Positions 26,901-41,342 of a DNA stretch of 64,000 nt are shown here, piece after piece. The notes under the pieces were generated by a model. The model ran no database searches, was not told the DNA's origin, and saw nothing but the letters and a program-made list of their open reading frames with translations. Both the position numbers and the translations under genes were made by a program. Numbering within the stretch: position 1 is the first letter of the stretch; the number at the start of each line of letters is the position of its first letter. Source of the stretch: Octopus vulgaris (Eukaryota); assembly GCA_951406725.2 (NCBI GenBank), contig OX597816.1, forward strand, positions 372,001-436,000, given 5' to 3'.

Positions 26901-29900
26901 TGTTCTGCAATGTGAGGGCCAAAGTGTTTCATATTACAAGACAGTATGTAAGAGAGAATCATGATGTCACAGGAGAGAAATGTGCTCACATGGAAGATGG
27001 CTCACTTTGCAGTGATGCTGCAAAGAGAGAGACTTGGAGATGCCACTATGAAAGGTTGCTAAATGAAGAGAATGCATGAGAGAAAGAGAGTCTGCCAAAT
27101 GTCGACTCAACAGAAGGACCAGCTATTCGATTTGACAGTACCTTGGTAGATAAAGCAATTCATGGTATGAAGAGAGGGAAAGCCTCTCGCCCATCAAGAA
27201 TCACTGCAGAGATGCTTAAAATGTCTGGTGGTGTAGGCTGTAGTCTAGTCACCCACATAGTCAACCAGGAGATACATGAAAGAGTCATACCTAATGATTG
27301 ATGTAGCAGCACCATAGTCAACTGTTAAAAAGGTAAAGGTGATGCAATCAACAGGAATAATTACAAAGGAATCAAATTGTTGAATCAGGTGATGAAAGTC
27401 AAGGAGAGGGTCATAGCCCAACTAATTAGGGTGAGAGTTAGTTTAGATGAGATGCAGTTTCGTTTTGTAACAGGGAGAAGCACCACTAATTTCTGGTAAG
27501 ACAGCTGCAGGAGAAATTCCTAGCCAAAGATAAACCTCTGTACTTGGCTTTCATTGACATGGGGAAAGCCTTTGACAGGGTTACCTGATGCTTTATCTGG
27601 TGATCAATGTAGAAGGGTTAGTGAGAGCTGTACAAGCCATGTACAGGGATGCTGTCAGTAAGGCGAGGGTTGAGAATGAGTATAGTGAAGAATTCCAGGT
27701 AGAAATAGGAGTCTACCAAGGTTTAGTCCTTAGCCCCCTCTTATGTGCAGAAAACAGATTCCATCACATGTCAGGAGGAAAAATTAGAAGTAGTTGATAG
27801 CATCAGTTACCTAGGTGACCAAATCAGTAGCCAGGGTGGATTCTCTGAGAGTGTAGCTGCTAGAATAAAACAGCCTGGGTAAAGTTCAGAGAGCTCCTAC
27901 CTCTGCTGGTGACAAAGGGTCTCTTGCTCAGAGTAAGAGGTAGATTGTATGATGCATGTGTATGAACAGTCATGCTACATGGCAGTGAAACATGATCTGT
28001 GACTGCTGAGGACATGCGTAAGCTTGAAAGAAATGAAGCTAGTATGTTCTACTGGATGTGTAATGCCAGTGTGCATACACAACACAGTGTAAGTGCCCTG
28101 AGAGAAAAGCTGGACATAATAGGTATCAGATGTGGTGTGCAAGAGAGATGACTGCGCTGGTATGGTCGTGTGTTGCGAATGGATGAGGACAGCTGTGTGA
28201 AGAAGTATCACACCCTAACAGTGGAGGGAACCTGCGGAAGAGGTAGACATAGGAAGATCTGGGATGAGGTAGTAAAGCATGACCTTCAAACGTTGGGCCT
28301 CACAGAGGCAACAAGTGACCGAGACCTTTGGAGATATGCTATGCTTGAGAAGACCTGGCCAAGTGAGGTCATAGCCATGGCCTATGCCAGTGCCACATAA
28401 CTGGCTCATTTAAGAGTACCCTTCAATCATCAGACTATATGCTGTGCTTGAGAAGACCTGTTGAGTCAAGTGAAATCATTGTCATGGCCGATGCCAGTGC
28501 CACCTGACTGACACTCATGCTGGTGGCACGTAAAAAGCACCATTCAAGTACGGTCAATGCCAGTGCCACCTAACTGGCTCCTGTGTCGGTGGCATGTAAA
28601 AAGCACCATTTGAACGTGGTTGATGTCAGTGCTGCAGTACTGACTCCTATGCTGGTGGCACGTGAAAAACACCATATGAATGTGGTCGGTGCCAGTGCCG
28701 CCTGACTGGCTCCCATTCTGGTGGCACGTAGAAAGCACCCACTACACTCTTAGAGTGGTTGGCATTGGGAAGGGCATCAAGCTGTAGAAGCCTTGTCAGA
28801 TCAGATTGGAGCCTGGTGCAGTCCACTGGCTTGCCAAACTGTCCAACCCATGCTAGCATGGAAAGCAGACATTAAACAATGATGATGATGATTTTAAAAA
28901 AAACATTTTTTCACAGTTTCATCTAGCTAAAGCCATTATTTGAAAGTACCTTGGCATTCTACAACATCACCAGAGTGAGCATCATACCATTCAACAGAAC
29001 AGGTCCCACAATAGTTCACTCGGCAGATGGCACCAGATATACCTAGAAACAAGAAACAAATTTAAATGTTTTAGAAAAAAAAAAGCATTATCTGTATTAA
29101 AGAGATTATATTAGTACAAACATGGCAGAGTAGTTGAGAAGTTTGCTTTGCAAGCAGATGGTATCAGTTCTGTTCTAATGCATGACACCTTGGGCAAAAT
29201 ATCTTCTGCTATAGAGCTAGGTAAACCAAAACCTTGTGAGAAGAAACTGAAAGAAGCCTATCATGTATACATGTGTGCGTGTGTGTGTGTGTTTTCTTGA
29301 CGTCACATGATGTTTATGAATAAGCATGACCGTCATATAAGTGATGTTGCTTACTTCCAGTCTTCCAGGAAAATCATGTCTTGCCATGGGGAAATATTAC
29401 TTTGATTGCAAACAGATCAGGGTTGGGGCAAACAAGTACATCTGACAGTAAAAAATCTGCCTCAACAAATTTAGTCTGACCCATGCAAGCATAGAAAAGT
29501 AGACATTAAAACAATCATGATGATTTCTAGACGGCAAAACATATTTATTAATACAAATTTAATCCAAACGTGTGTGCACATGTCAATGTGTGTTTAATTA
29601 GTGAAATGTGTCTGTTCAAGTTGTATACATGACTGTATACAAGAATACAAACCCACTCTCAACCGTAAGTCTGAATGGGGTAACACCCAGATTCCACTGG
29701 GGAGTACCCCTCTATAACCACCCCTTTGTCTCATTTGCATGTAGAAATCCATACATACATGTTGAGATGTATAATATTGATATATATATATAAAGCACCC
29801 ACTACACTCGCGGAGTGGTTGGCGTTAGGAAGGGCATCCAGCCGTAGAAACACTGCCAGATCAGACTGGGCCTGATGCAGCCTTCTGGCTTCACAGACCC

Positions 29901-29964
29901 CAGTTGAACCGTCCAACCCATGCTAGCATGGAAAACGGACGCTAAATGATGATGATGATGATGA

Positions 29965-30000
<36 letters not shown>

Positions 30001-33000
30001 TATATATAACTTCAAGAAAGTTAGGGGTTGTGAGTCCAACCCACTAAGGGATAATATCTATCCAATATACTGTTGATAGAATACCCAATTATTAATACAC
30101 AAGTATTTTTTATTGCAATGCAATAACATTACCTAGTGTATTAAATGGGTGAAAGTAAAGAAATATTTTACCATTAATTTATATTGCAAATAAGAAAATG
30201 GAGGAGAACAATAGTTGGTTCATCAACTTTAGAAAGTTGATGAACCAACTATTGTTCTTTCCATTTTCTTATTTGCAATATATATATATAATGTGTGTGT
30301 GTGTGTGTGTGTAATTACATTTAATTGTATGAGTGTACATAGATTAATACGTATGTACGTATATGTATATATGTATGTATGCACATATAGAAATAAGAAT
30401 AAAATTTTTAAAAAGTAAAGAAAAAGAAAGCAAAAACAAGAAAAAAAAGCGAATTTGGGATCTTTTCACTCTGACCGACAGATTTTGAAAATAATTTCTT
30501 TGTAACTAAAAAATTTTAAACTTTGTATACTGGTAGAATGTGTTTATAAAACATCTTTTTCTCTTGGCTTTCTTGAGAAAATTCTGTAGTTTGTAACATA
30601 TTTGTTGTTTAATTTCTTGCATTTCGGCAATTTCAACCAATCAATGACGTCTATTGAGGTGAAAACAATTTCTGCCGTAACATTTAATGGGTGCGTCATA
30701 TGAAAATGTCCCTGTTTTTTATGAGACAAAAGATACCCTGTGGCCATAAACTGAGGGGTCACTTGTAATGCAATAGATCGATACTAGGGTCATAATTATG
30801 GGTGAACACTAAAGAGGGAATGGTTTTGTTATCCAGCTCTGTTTATATATATATATATATATATATGTATACATATATATATATATACACATATACACAC
30901 ACCATATCATGTGTGAGAGCTGAACATCTGACCTCAAATCTTTTGATAATTCACAACAATAATGACCCCTCCAAAATACTCCCCTTCTTTATTCTTAAGG
31001 GATTTAACTCTACTTTCTCCTCTTCTCAAATACCATTAGTCTTATCGTTATTCTTATCTTTATTTCATTTACTTGTTTCCCCCACTTCTTCTCCACCTTC
31101 TATACACATGCCTTTGTATTTTTTATATATTTTTCCTCTTTTTGTGTATATACTCCTAACAAAAAAATTTTTTGGCTATTTAAGCAACCAGTAGAACATA
31201 TATTTTTCAGTTTGAAAACAGCTACTTGAAAGCTTGAAATTCATGTCTGAGTAACTCACTGTAAACATTATGAAGATTAAAAGAAAAATTATCCAGAGCA
31301 AAATTTCTACTCATTTTTTTTCCAATATATAAAGATATATAAGCATGGAACATGGACATTAAATGATGAGGATATACGTAGTAATGCCTTATTGAAAACA
31401 CATGAGTATAACCAAGATGAAGCTATATGAAAATGAGAGATTGAAATGTTATAAAGAATGGAATTTTGTTTAAAAAAAATATAATATATTGAATTAAAAA
31501 TAATATAAAAAATAAATGAATCTTACCAGGACAAATTGTATCAAAGCACAAATCTGATGAACATTTGACAGGAGCATGACCCAGGGGACATTTTGAAAAG
31601 AAGTTCGTTTCCAAACAAAACCTGTAAAATGCAGAATAAATATCACAGATATTGATCCTTAAGGATCTATATTGACAAATAGCAGAAACAATTTGAAGCA
31701 TAAATATCACAGATATTGATCCTTAAGGATCTATATTGATAAATAGCTGAAACAATTTCAAGCATAAATATCACAGATATTGATCCTTAAGGATCAATAT
31801 TGATAGATAGCTGAAACAATTTGAAGCATAAATATCACAGATATTGATCCTTAAGGATCTATATTGACAAATAGCAGAAACAATTTGAAGCATAAATATC
31901 ACAGATATTGATCCTTAAGGATCTATATTGATAAATAGCTGAAACAATTTGAAGCATAAATATCACAGATATTGATCCTTAAGGATCTATATTGATAAAT
32001 AGCTGAAACAATTTGAAGCATAAATATCACAGATATTGACCCTTAAGGATGGTGTTTTATATGCCACCGACACAGGTGCCAGACGAGGCTGGCAGACGGC
32101 CACGCTCGGTGATAAATAGCTGAAACAATTTGAAGCATAAATATCACAGATATTGACCTTAAGGATCTATATTGATAAATAGCTGAAACAATTTGAAGCA
32201 TAAATATCACAGATATCACATAATGATATTGATTGACCTTAAGGATCAATATTGATAAATAGCTGAAACAATTTGAAGCATAAATATCACAGATATTGAC
32301 CTTAAGGATGGTTATTGACCACCACACAGGTGCCAGATAAATACGCTGATAAATGCTGAAACAATTTGAAGCATAAATATCACAGATATTGATCCTTAAG
32401 GACCTATATTGATAAATAGCTGAAACAATTTGAAGCATAAATATCACAGATATTGACCCTTAAGGATCAATATTGATAAATAGCTGAAACAATTTGAAGC
32501 ATAAATATCACAGATATTGACCCTTAAGGACCTATATTGATAAATAGCTGAAACAATTTGAAGCATAAATATCACAGATATTGATCCTTAAGGACATATT
32601 GATAAATAGCTGAAACAATTTGAAGCATAAATATCACAGATATTGATCCTTAAGGACTATATTGATAAATAGCTGAAAAATTTGAAATAATACACATATT
32701 GATAGTATTGATAAATAGCTGAAACAATTTGAAGCATAAATATCACAGATATTGATCCTTAAGGATCTATATTGATAAATAGCTGAAACAATTTGAAGCA
32801 TAAATATCACAGATATTGATCCTTAAGGATCTATATTGATAAATAGCTGAAACAATTTGAAGCATAAATATCACAGATATTGATCCTTAAGGATCAATAT
32901 TGATAAATAGCTGAAACAATTTGAAGCATAAATATCACAGATATTGACCCTTAAGGATCTATATTGATAAATAGCTGAAACAATTTGAAGCATAAATATC

Positions 33001-36000
33001 ACAGATATTGATCCTTAAGGATCAATATTGATAAATAGCTGAAACAATTTGAAGCATAAATATCACAGATATTGATCCTTAAGGATCAATATTGATAAAT
33101 AGCTGAAACAATTTGAAGCATAAATATCACAGATATTGACCCTTAAGGATCAATATTGATAAATAGCTGAAACAATTTGAAGCATAAATATCACAGATAT
33201 TGACCCTTAAGGATCAATATTGATAAATAGCTGAAACAATTTGAAGCATAAATATCACAGATATTGACCCTTAAGGATCAATATTGATAAATAGCTGAAA
33301 CAATTTGAAGCATAAATATCACAGATATTGACCCTTAAGGATCTAATATTGATAAATAGCTGAAACAATTTGAAGCATAAATATCACAGATATTGACCCT
33401 TAAGGATCAATATTGATAAATAGCTGAAACAATTTGAAGCATAAATATCACAGATATTGATCCTTAAGGATCAATATTGATAAATAGCTGAAACAATTTG
33501 AAGCATAAATATCACAGATATTGATCCTTAAGGATCAATATTGATAAATAGCTGAAACAATTTGAAGCATAAATATCACAGATATTGACCCTTAAGGATC
33601 AATATTGATAAATAGCTGAAACAATTTGAAGCATAAATATCACAGATATTGACCCTTAAGGATCAATATTGATAAATAGCTGAAACAATTTGAAGCATAA
33701 ATATCACAGATATTGACCCTTAAGGATCAATATTGATAAATAGCTGAAACAATTTGAAGCATAAATATCACAGATATTGACCCTTAAGGATCAATATTGA
33801 TAAATAGCTGAAACAATTTGAAGCATAAATATCACAGATATTGACCCTTAAGGATCTATATTGATAAATAGCTGAAACAATTTGAAGCATAAATATCACA
33901 GATATTGACCCTTAAGGATCTATATTGATAAATAGCTGAAACAATTTGAAGCATAAATATCACAGATATTGACCCTTAAGGATCTACATTGATAAATAGC
34001 TGAAACAATTTGAAGCATAAATATCACAGATATTGATCCTTAAGGATCAATATTGATAAATAGCTGAAACAATTTGAAGCATAAATATCACAGATATTGA
34101 TCCTTAAAAATCTATATTGATAAATAGCTGAAACAATTTGAAGCATGAATATCACAGATATTGACCCTTAAGGATCAATATTGATAAATAGCTGAAACAA
34201 TTTGAAGCATAAATATCACAGATATTGACCCTTAAGGATCAATATTGATAAATAGCTGAAACAATTTGAAGCATAAATATCACAGATATTGATCCTTAAG
34301 GATCAATATTGATAAATAGCTGAAACAATTTGAAGCATAAATATCACAGATATTGATCCTTAAGGATCTAATATTGATAAATAGCTGAAACAATTTGAAG
34401 CATAAATATCACAGATATTGACCCTTAAGGATCAATATTGATAAATAGCTGAAACAATTTGAAGCATAAATATCACAGATATTGACCCTTAAGGATCAAT
34501 ATTGATAAATAGCTGAAACAATTTGAAGCATAAATATCACAGATACTGATCCTTAAGGATCAATATTGATAAATAGCTGAAACAATTTGAAGCATAAATA
34601 TCACAGATATTGACCCTTAAGGATCAATATTGATAAATAGCTGAAACAATTTGAAGCATAAATATCACAGATATTGACCCTTAAGGATCTATATTGATAA
34701 ATAGCTGAAACAATTTGAAGCATAAATATCACAGATATTGACCCTTAAGGATCAATATTGATAAATAGCTGAAACAATTTGAAGCATAAATATCACAGAT
34801 ATTGACCCTTAAGGATCAATATTGATAAATAGCTGAAACAATTTGAAGCATAAATATCACAGATATTGATCCTTAAGGATCAATATTGATAAATAGCTGA
34901 AACAATTTGAAGCATAAATATCACAGATATTGATCCTTAAGGATCAATATTGATAAATAGCTGAAACAATTTGAAGCATAAATATCACAGATATTGACCC
35001 TTAAGGATCAATATTGATAAATAGCTGAAACAATTTGAAGCATAAATATCACAGATATTGACCCTTAAGGATCAATATTGATAAATAGCTGAAACAATTT
35101 GAAGCATAAATATCACAGATATTGACCCTTAAGGATCAATATTGATAAATAGCTGAAACAATTTGAAGCATAAATATCACAGATATTGATCCTTAAGGAT
35201 CAATATTGATAAATAGCTGAAACAATTTGAAGCATAAATATCACAGATATTGACCCTTAAGGATCAATATTGATAAATAGCTGAAACAATTTGAAGCATA
35301 AATATCACAGATATTGATCCTTAAGGATCAATATTGATAAATAGCTGAAACAATTTGAAGCATAAATATCAGATATTGATCCTTAAGGATCAATATTGAT
35401 AAATAGCTGAAACAATTTGAAGCATAAATATCACAGATATTGACCCTTAAGGATCAATATTGATAAATAGCTGAAACAATTTGAAGCATAAATATCACAG
35501 ATATTGATCCTTAAGGACCTATATTGATAAATAGCTGAAACAATTTGAAGCATAAATATCACAGAGAGTGATCCTTAAGGATCAATATTGATAAATAACT
35601 GAAACAATTTGAAGCATAAATATCAGATATTTATCCTTAAGGATCAATATTGATAAATAGCTGAAACAATTTGAAGCATAAATATCACAGATATTGACCC
35701 TTAAGGATCAATATTGATAAATAGCTGAAACAATTTGAAGCATAAATATCACAGATATTGATCCTTAAGGACCTATATTGATAAATAGCTGAAACAATTT
35801 GAAGCATAAATATCACAGATATTGACCCTTAAGGATCAATATTGATAAATAGCTGAAACAATTTGAAGCATAAATATCACAGATATTGACCCTTAAGGAT
35901 CTATACTGATAAATAGCTGAAACAATTTGAAGCATAAATATCAGATATTGATCCTTAAGGACCTATACTGATAAATAGCTGAAAGAATTTGAAGCATAAA

Positions 36001-39000
36001 TATCACAGATACTGACCCTTAAGGATCTCTATTGATAAATAGCTGAAACAATTTGAAGTATGAATATCACAGATATTGACCCTTAAGGATCAATATTGAT
36101 AAATAGCTGAAACAATTTGAAGCATAAATATCACAGATATTGATCCTTAAGGATCAATATTGATAAATAGCTGAAACAATTTGAAGCATAAATATCACAG
36201 ATATTGATCCTTAAGGATCAATATTGATAAATAGCTGAAACAATTTGAAGCATAAATATCACAGATATTGATCCTTAAGGATCAATATTGATAAATAGCT
36301 GAAACAATTTGAAGCATAAATATCACAGATATTGACCCTTAAGGATCAATATTGACAAATAGCTGAAACAATTTGAAGCATAAACAGTGTTGAATTTTTA
36401 GCAAAACGAATTGAAATGAGTGTGAGTAATTTAAGGCTAAAACTCACTAATTTCCAGCCAAATATTCTTTTCTACTCTAAGCACAAGGCTTGAAATTTTT
36501 GGGGAAGGAGCCAGTTGATTAGATTGACCCCAATATGCAGCTGGTATTTAATTTATCGAACCCACGAAAGGATGAAAGGCAAAGTCGACCTGGGCAGAAT
36601 TTGAACTCAGAACGTAAAGACAGACGAAATACTGCTAAGCATTTTGCCTGGCATGCTAAAGATTCTGCCAGCTTGCCGCCTTATTTCCAGCCAAATATTT
36701 GATGCCAAAACTAGTATTCACCAAACATATATTTTACTTTAAATATTCCAACTAAATCAATATGACTGAATTTTGATTTATGTTCATTAACTTGTTTTGC
36801 ATGATTCCTGATGTGAAACCGTGTATTGAAACAGATATTGTTATATTTTGGAATGGTCATTCATTTTTCTTGCCAAGTATACAGTTGCATTAGACATTCA
36901 TTCATTCTTCCTTCTTTTATAATTGTTCTTATTTTACTTGATGTCCATTGTCTAGAAATCTTTTGTCCCACACCTGTGAGCTCTTCAGTGATTCTTCCAT
37001 CCCACGTCCCCTCCTGCTCTGTTTAGTCTATTCTGTCTTTCTATGGTGTGTATCCTTATCTAAACATGCATTTGCATGTGTGTATGCGTGTCTGTGCATG
37101 CGTATATGGATGTGCTCACTATATTGTTTGTATCCGTGCCCTTTATATAGTTTTTTTTTCGTTTATTTACTTATCTCTCTTTATAATTTATTCTTATTCC
37201 ATCTTAATTTTACGCATGTGTGTCTTGTGTGTGTGTGTATGAGTTTTATGTATGTATGTCTTGTGTGTGTGTATGAGTTTTATGTATGTGTGTCTTGTGT
37301 GTGTGTATGAGTTTTATGTATGTGTGTCTTGTGTGTGTGTGTATGAGTTTTATGTATTGTACTGTTTCTATGTCATTTTTCCCCCCTTCTGTCTTTAGTT
37401 GTCAGTGTTCCATAGTGCAGTGGTAGTGTTATTGTCCCATTCATGTTTCCTGCTGAGGCTTGATCTGTCTATTACTATGTGTGTAGCCTCTGTAATCTAA
37501 ATGTCATGTCTGTTCTATGTGTTGATAATACCTTAACCTCTACGTTATTAACCAAGCCTTTATATTTTACTTGAGTATGTTCGTTGAGCACTGACGAACT
37601 TTTCTCCTCTTTGAGCTCCTCCTGCCAGTATTTGCCAGTCTGCTCCCCCATGCTGCATGCCATCTCCCCAAAGTAAGTTGTCATCTTGTTTCCATACCAT
37701 TCCTTAATACATCTTAAGCTATAGACTACATTCCTAATCTTACAGTTAACCTGTGGGTTCATCTTGCATTCCATACAGCTGTTCTCTGTACATGGGGATC
37801 CATGTACCACACAAAACACACATAAAAAACACATAGACATGTGCACACACACACACACACACACAGATACAAACATATTTAGATAAGGATACACACCATA
37901 GAAAGACAGAATGAACTAAACAGAAAATGAGGAGACATGTGGGAGAAGAGTCGCTGAAGAGGTTACAGGTGTGTGATGAAAGATTTCCAGAGAATGGACA
38001 TCAGGTAAAATAAGAACAATAATAAAAGAGCGTAAAACAAATAGTGTGTGTGTGTGTGCGTTTATTTGGCAAGAAAAATCATAAAAATGAAAAAATGACA
38101 GTGCCAAAATATAAGAATATAAACTTTTATTGTTCCTTGTCAATTTCATAAAGTATTTTCATTAAATTTGTTCAAAAGCAGTTATGATGAAAGAAAAATG
38201 AAGAAATTATTGTTTGTAAATGAAGAAAGTTTAACTAATTACACTTTTTAATTTATTTTAGAAATTTACATGATGGTGGTCATGGGAGGAAGCATAAGTT
38301 ATCAACAATTTTGTGAAGGGATCAATGATATATTAAGTTTGTTGATCCTTGGTTTAAACAGTTAATTTAATTTAATTTTTCTTTCATACATACATTTTTT
38401 CTTTCAGTATTTTTATGCAAATTCTCTTAGGTTGCAGGAATTTAGTTAATCTACAAATCTTTGTGGATTTGTTGAGAGTAAAATCTTTTGCAGTTTTTTT
38501 TCTTTAATGCTAATCAGTTGATCCTGTCATGGCTTTGTTTATTGTTTCCAAAAGAACAGATTAGTGGAGATTATGTGTTTAGTCCTTTTATAACCATTTT
38601 TCACATAAAATACACTCACTGACTTTGTTTTAATTAATTTTGAAAATAATGAAGAATTTATTAAAATAACTTTGCCATTATTTAACTGGTGTAAGGCAGC
38701 GAGCTGACAGAAACATTAGCATGCTGGGCGAAATGCTTAGCGGCATTTCCTCTGTCTTTACGTTCTGAGTTCAAATTCCGCCAAGGTCAACTTTGCCTTT
38801 CATCTTTTCTGGGTTTATAAATTTAGTATCAGTTGAATACTGGGGTTAATCTAATCGACTGGCCCCTCCCACAAAATTTTGGGCCTTGTGCCTAGAGCAG
38901 AAAAGATTATTTAACTGGTGTTTGGAACATAAATTAACATTTCAGAAATTTCAGTGGAAGGGCTTTTTTTTTATTTATTTAGATTACTTTAAAAGAGGAC

Positions 39001-40138
39001 ATTTGTGTCATAGAATGAGGAGCGGGCCTTCTCAGGCAGGTTGATATCGTAAGCGTTGCAAGTCATCAATCAAACAAGTTTCATTATATGTCTTGTTCTC
39101 TTTCTTCTCTACATCAACCTCCTCCATGTCATCTCTAAACCATACAGGTAACTATCAATATTAGACTGTGTTACACATTAGCAACTGTTTGTAGAAAGCA
39201 AACACCTACCACCAGGTTTGCACTGCTTCCATCAACAGGAATTGCAAAAGCATGTTGTAATTGATTCCTCACAATTTAAAAACTACCAAGACAGACAACA
39301 CACTGCAAGGGACTGATGGATATCCCTTCTTTTAACCCATAGATAAGAAATTCCTTTCATACTCATATCACTCAATACTACATCCCACTCAGTTGAAGGA
39401 TCTTGTCTTGCAAGTACTTTGTGACCTTGCCAGAGCTGGTATCACAAAAGAGGCACCAGTGCACTATGAAGTGATTGACATTAGGTAAGGCAACCAGTTG
39501 TGGAAACCATGATAAAGCAGATGTTGGAGGGCAGCATGGTCCTTTGGTTCCTAACTAACCATCCAACCCATGCAAGCATGGAAAAATGGATGTTAAATGA
39601 GCATGACTCATTAAGTCCATTATCTTCTAGGAAATTCTCAAGAAAACACAGACAAAATTAAACCACAAAGATTCTTCTTCAGAATTTATATGGCTAATTC
39701 TTTATAAAAAAAAAATAAAGTATGTTTCACTATAGAACCCTATTCACATATCTGAAAACTACACCAACCTTCTTTTCATGAATTAGGCACACATAGAAGA
39801 GCACTTCAAGACTGATATAGGCAAATGTTTAATCTATAAATTCAGTTGGTCAAAAGTCCAAGAAAAACAGGTGGAAAGAGAATTTCATAGAGCTGAAAGG
39901 AAGAAAGGATCATACAAAACATTTGGTGTTTTATATATAAACTAATGTGGTATTATAGGAATGAGGACAAGATGTAAATAGGGAACCTAGTGAGTTTGAG
40001 GCTATGAAGTGTGCTAGTTTATAGGGCCAAAAGCTATTGAAGTAGAAATAGAAGAAGCAGAGAGAAGAAACAGGCTAATCAGTAACATGGGTTCCTTAAG
40101 ATATAGTTTGAGGCATCATCATTATCATCATTATTATT

Positions 40139-40176
<38 letters not shown>

Positions 40177-41292
40177 ATTATTATTATTATTATTAAAGTG
40201 ACAAGTTGGCAAAATTGTTAATGTAATGGACAGCAATTCTTCGAGATCTTTACATTCTAAGTTCAAATTCCATCATGGATGAAGTGCTACTATGAGAGAT
40301 TATTACATGTGAAGAGTGAATGGCAGAAAGGCAGTTTCCTCAGTGTGAACCCAACAGAGGGACCAGCTATTTGTGTTGACAGCAGTAAGGCAATTAAGGG
40401 ACAGGGAAAGCCCCTAGCCCATCTTTTCAGGGAATCAAGTACTGGATTTGACTTGCTCCTGACCCCTAAAATTGTTGGCCTTGTGCCAAAATTTGAAGCC
40501 ATTGATGCATTCATCACCCTTAGTGATATCACTTCTCTTATCCACTAACTTTAAATGCCTTTATACAAGCCATCAATATGTCTAATCAAGATGTTGTGGA
40601 AGAGAAGTGTGTACAGGCATGGAAGTGCTACTATGAGGGATTATTACATGTGGAGAGTGAATGGGAGAACGGCAGTTTCCTCAGTGTGAACCCAACAGAG
40701 GGACCAGCTATTTGTGTTGACAGCAGTAAAGCAATTAAGGGACAGGGAAAGCCCCTAGCCCATCGGTGACAGAGTACTAGTGTGGTGAGAGAAAATTATG
40801 GCATAGGAGGAATTAGTGTGGTTTGGTCAGGTGATGCATATGGATGTAGACAGTTGCATACAGAAGTGCCGATCACTTAAAGTTGGAGAGAACTTGTGGA
40901 AGAAAGAAACCCAGAAAGACATGGGACGAAGTATTGAAGGCCAATCTCAAGACACTGAGCCTTACGAAGGAGTTGACAAAGGACCAAGATACCTGGCACC
41001 TAGCTGTACTCAAGAAGACCTGTCCACCGTAGCAGAATTGATAATGGTGCTGGTGCCACAATTAAAATCAGAGAAATAAAAATTGTTAAACAAATACAAA
41101 TTAACACAATTATCAGTCTCAACCAAGGTTCAAATTTTCAGCACAAAAATTTACTTTTGAATTGCATTGTGAATTGAATAATCCTCTTCAATTAAAGAAA
41201 TTTGACTTGAAGAACTTGTGTGCACACATTTTTAACCCTCTGTCCACTAGTCGTAAAAGCTGTAAAATGTGTGCAAAACACAAACATGTGCA

Positions 41293-41342
<50 letters not shown>

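Noticed and set aside
31636-36384. Palindromic regularly spaced repeat as a CRISPR array
   Set aside because: Inter-palindrome segments are identical rather than unique spacers, there are no cas genes, and the context is a eukaryotic intron
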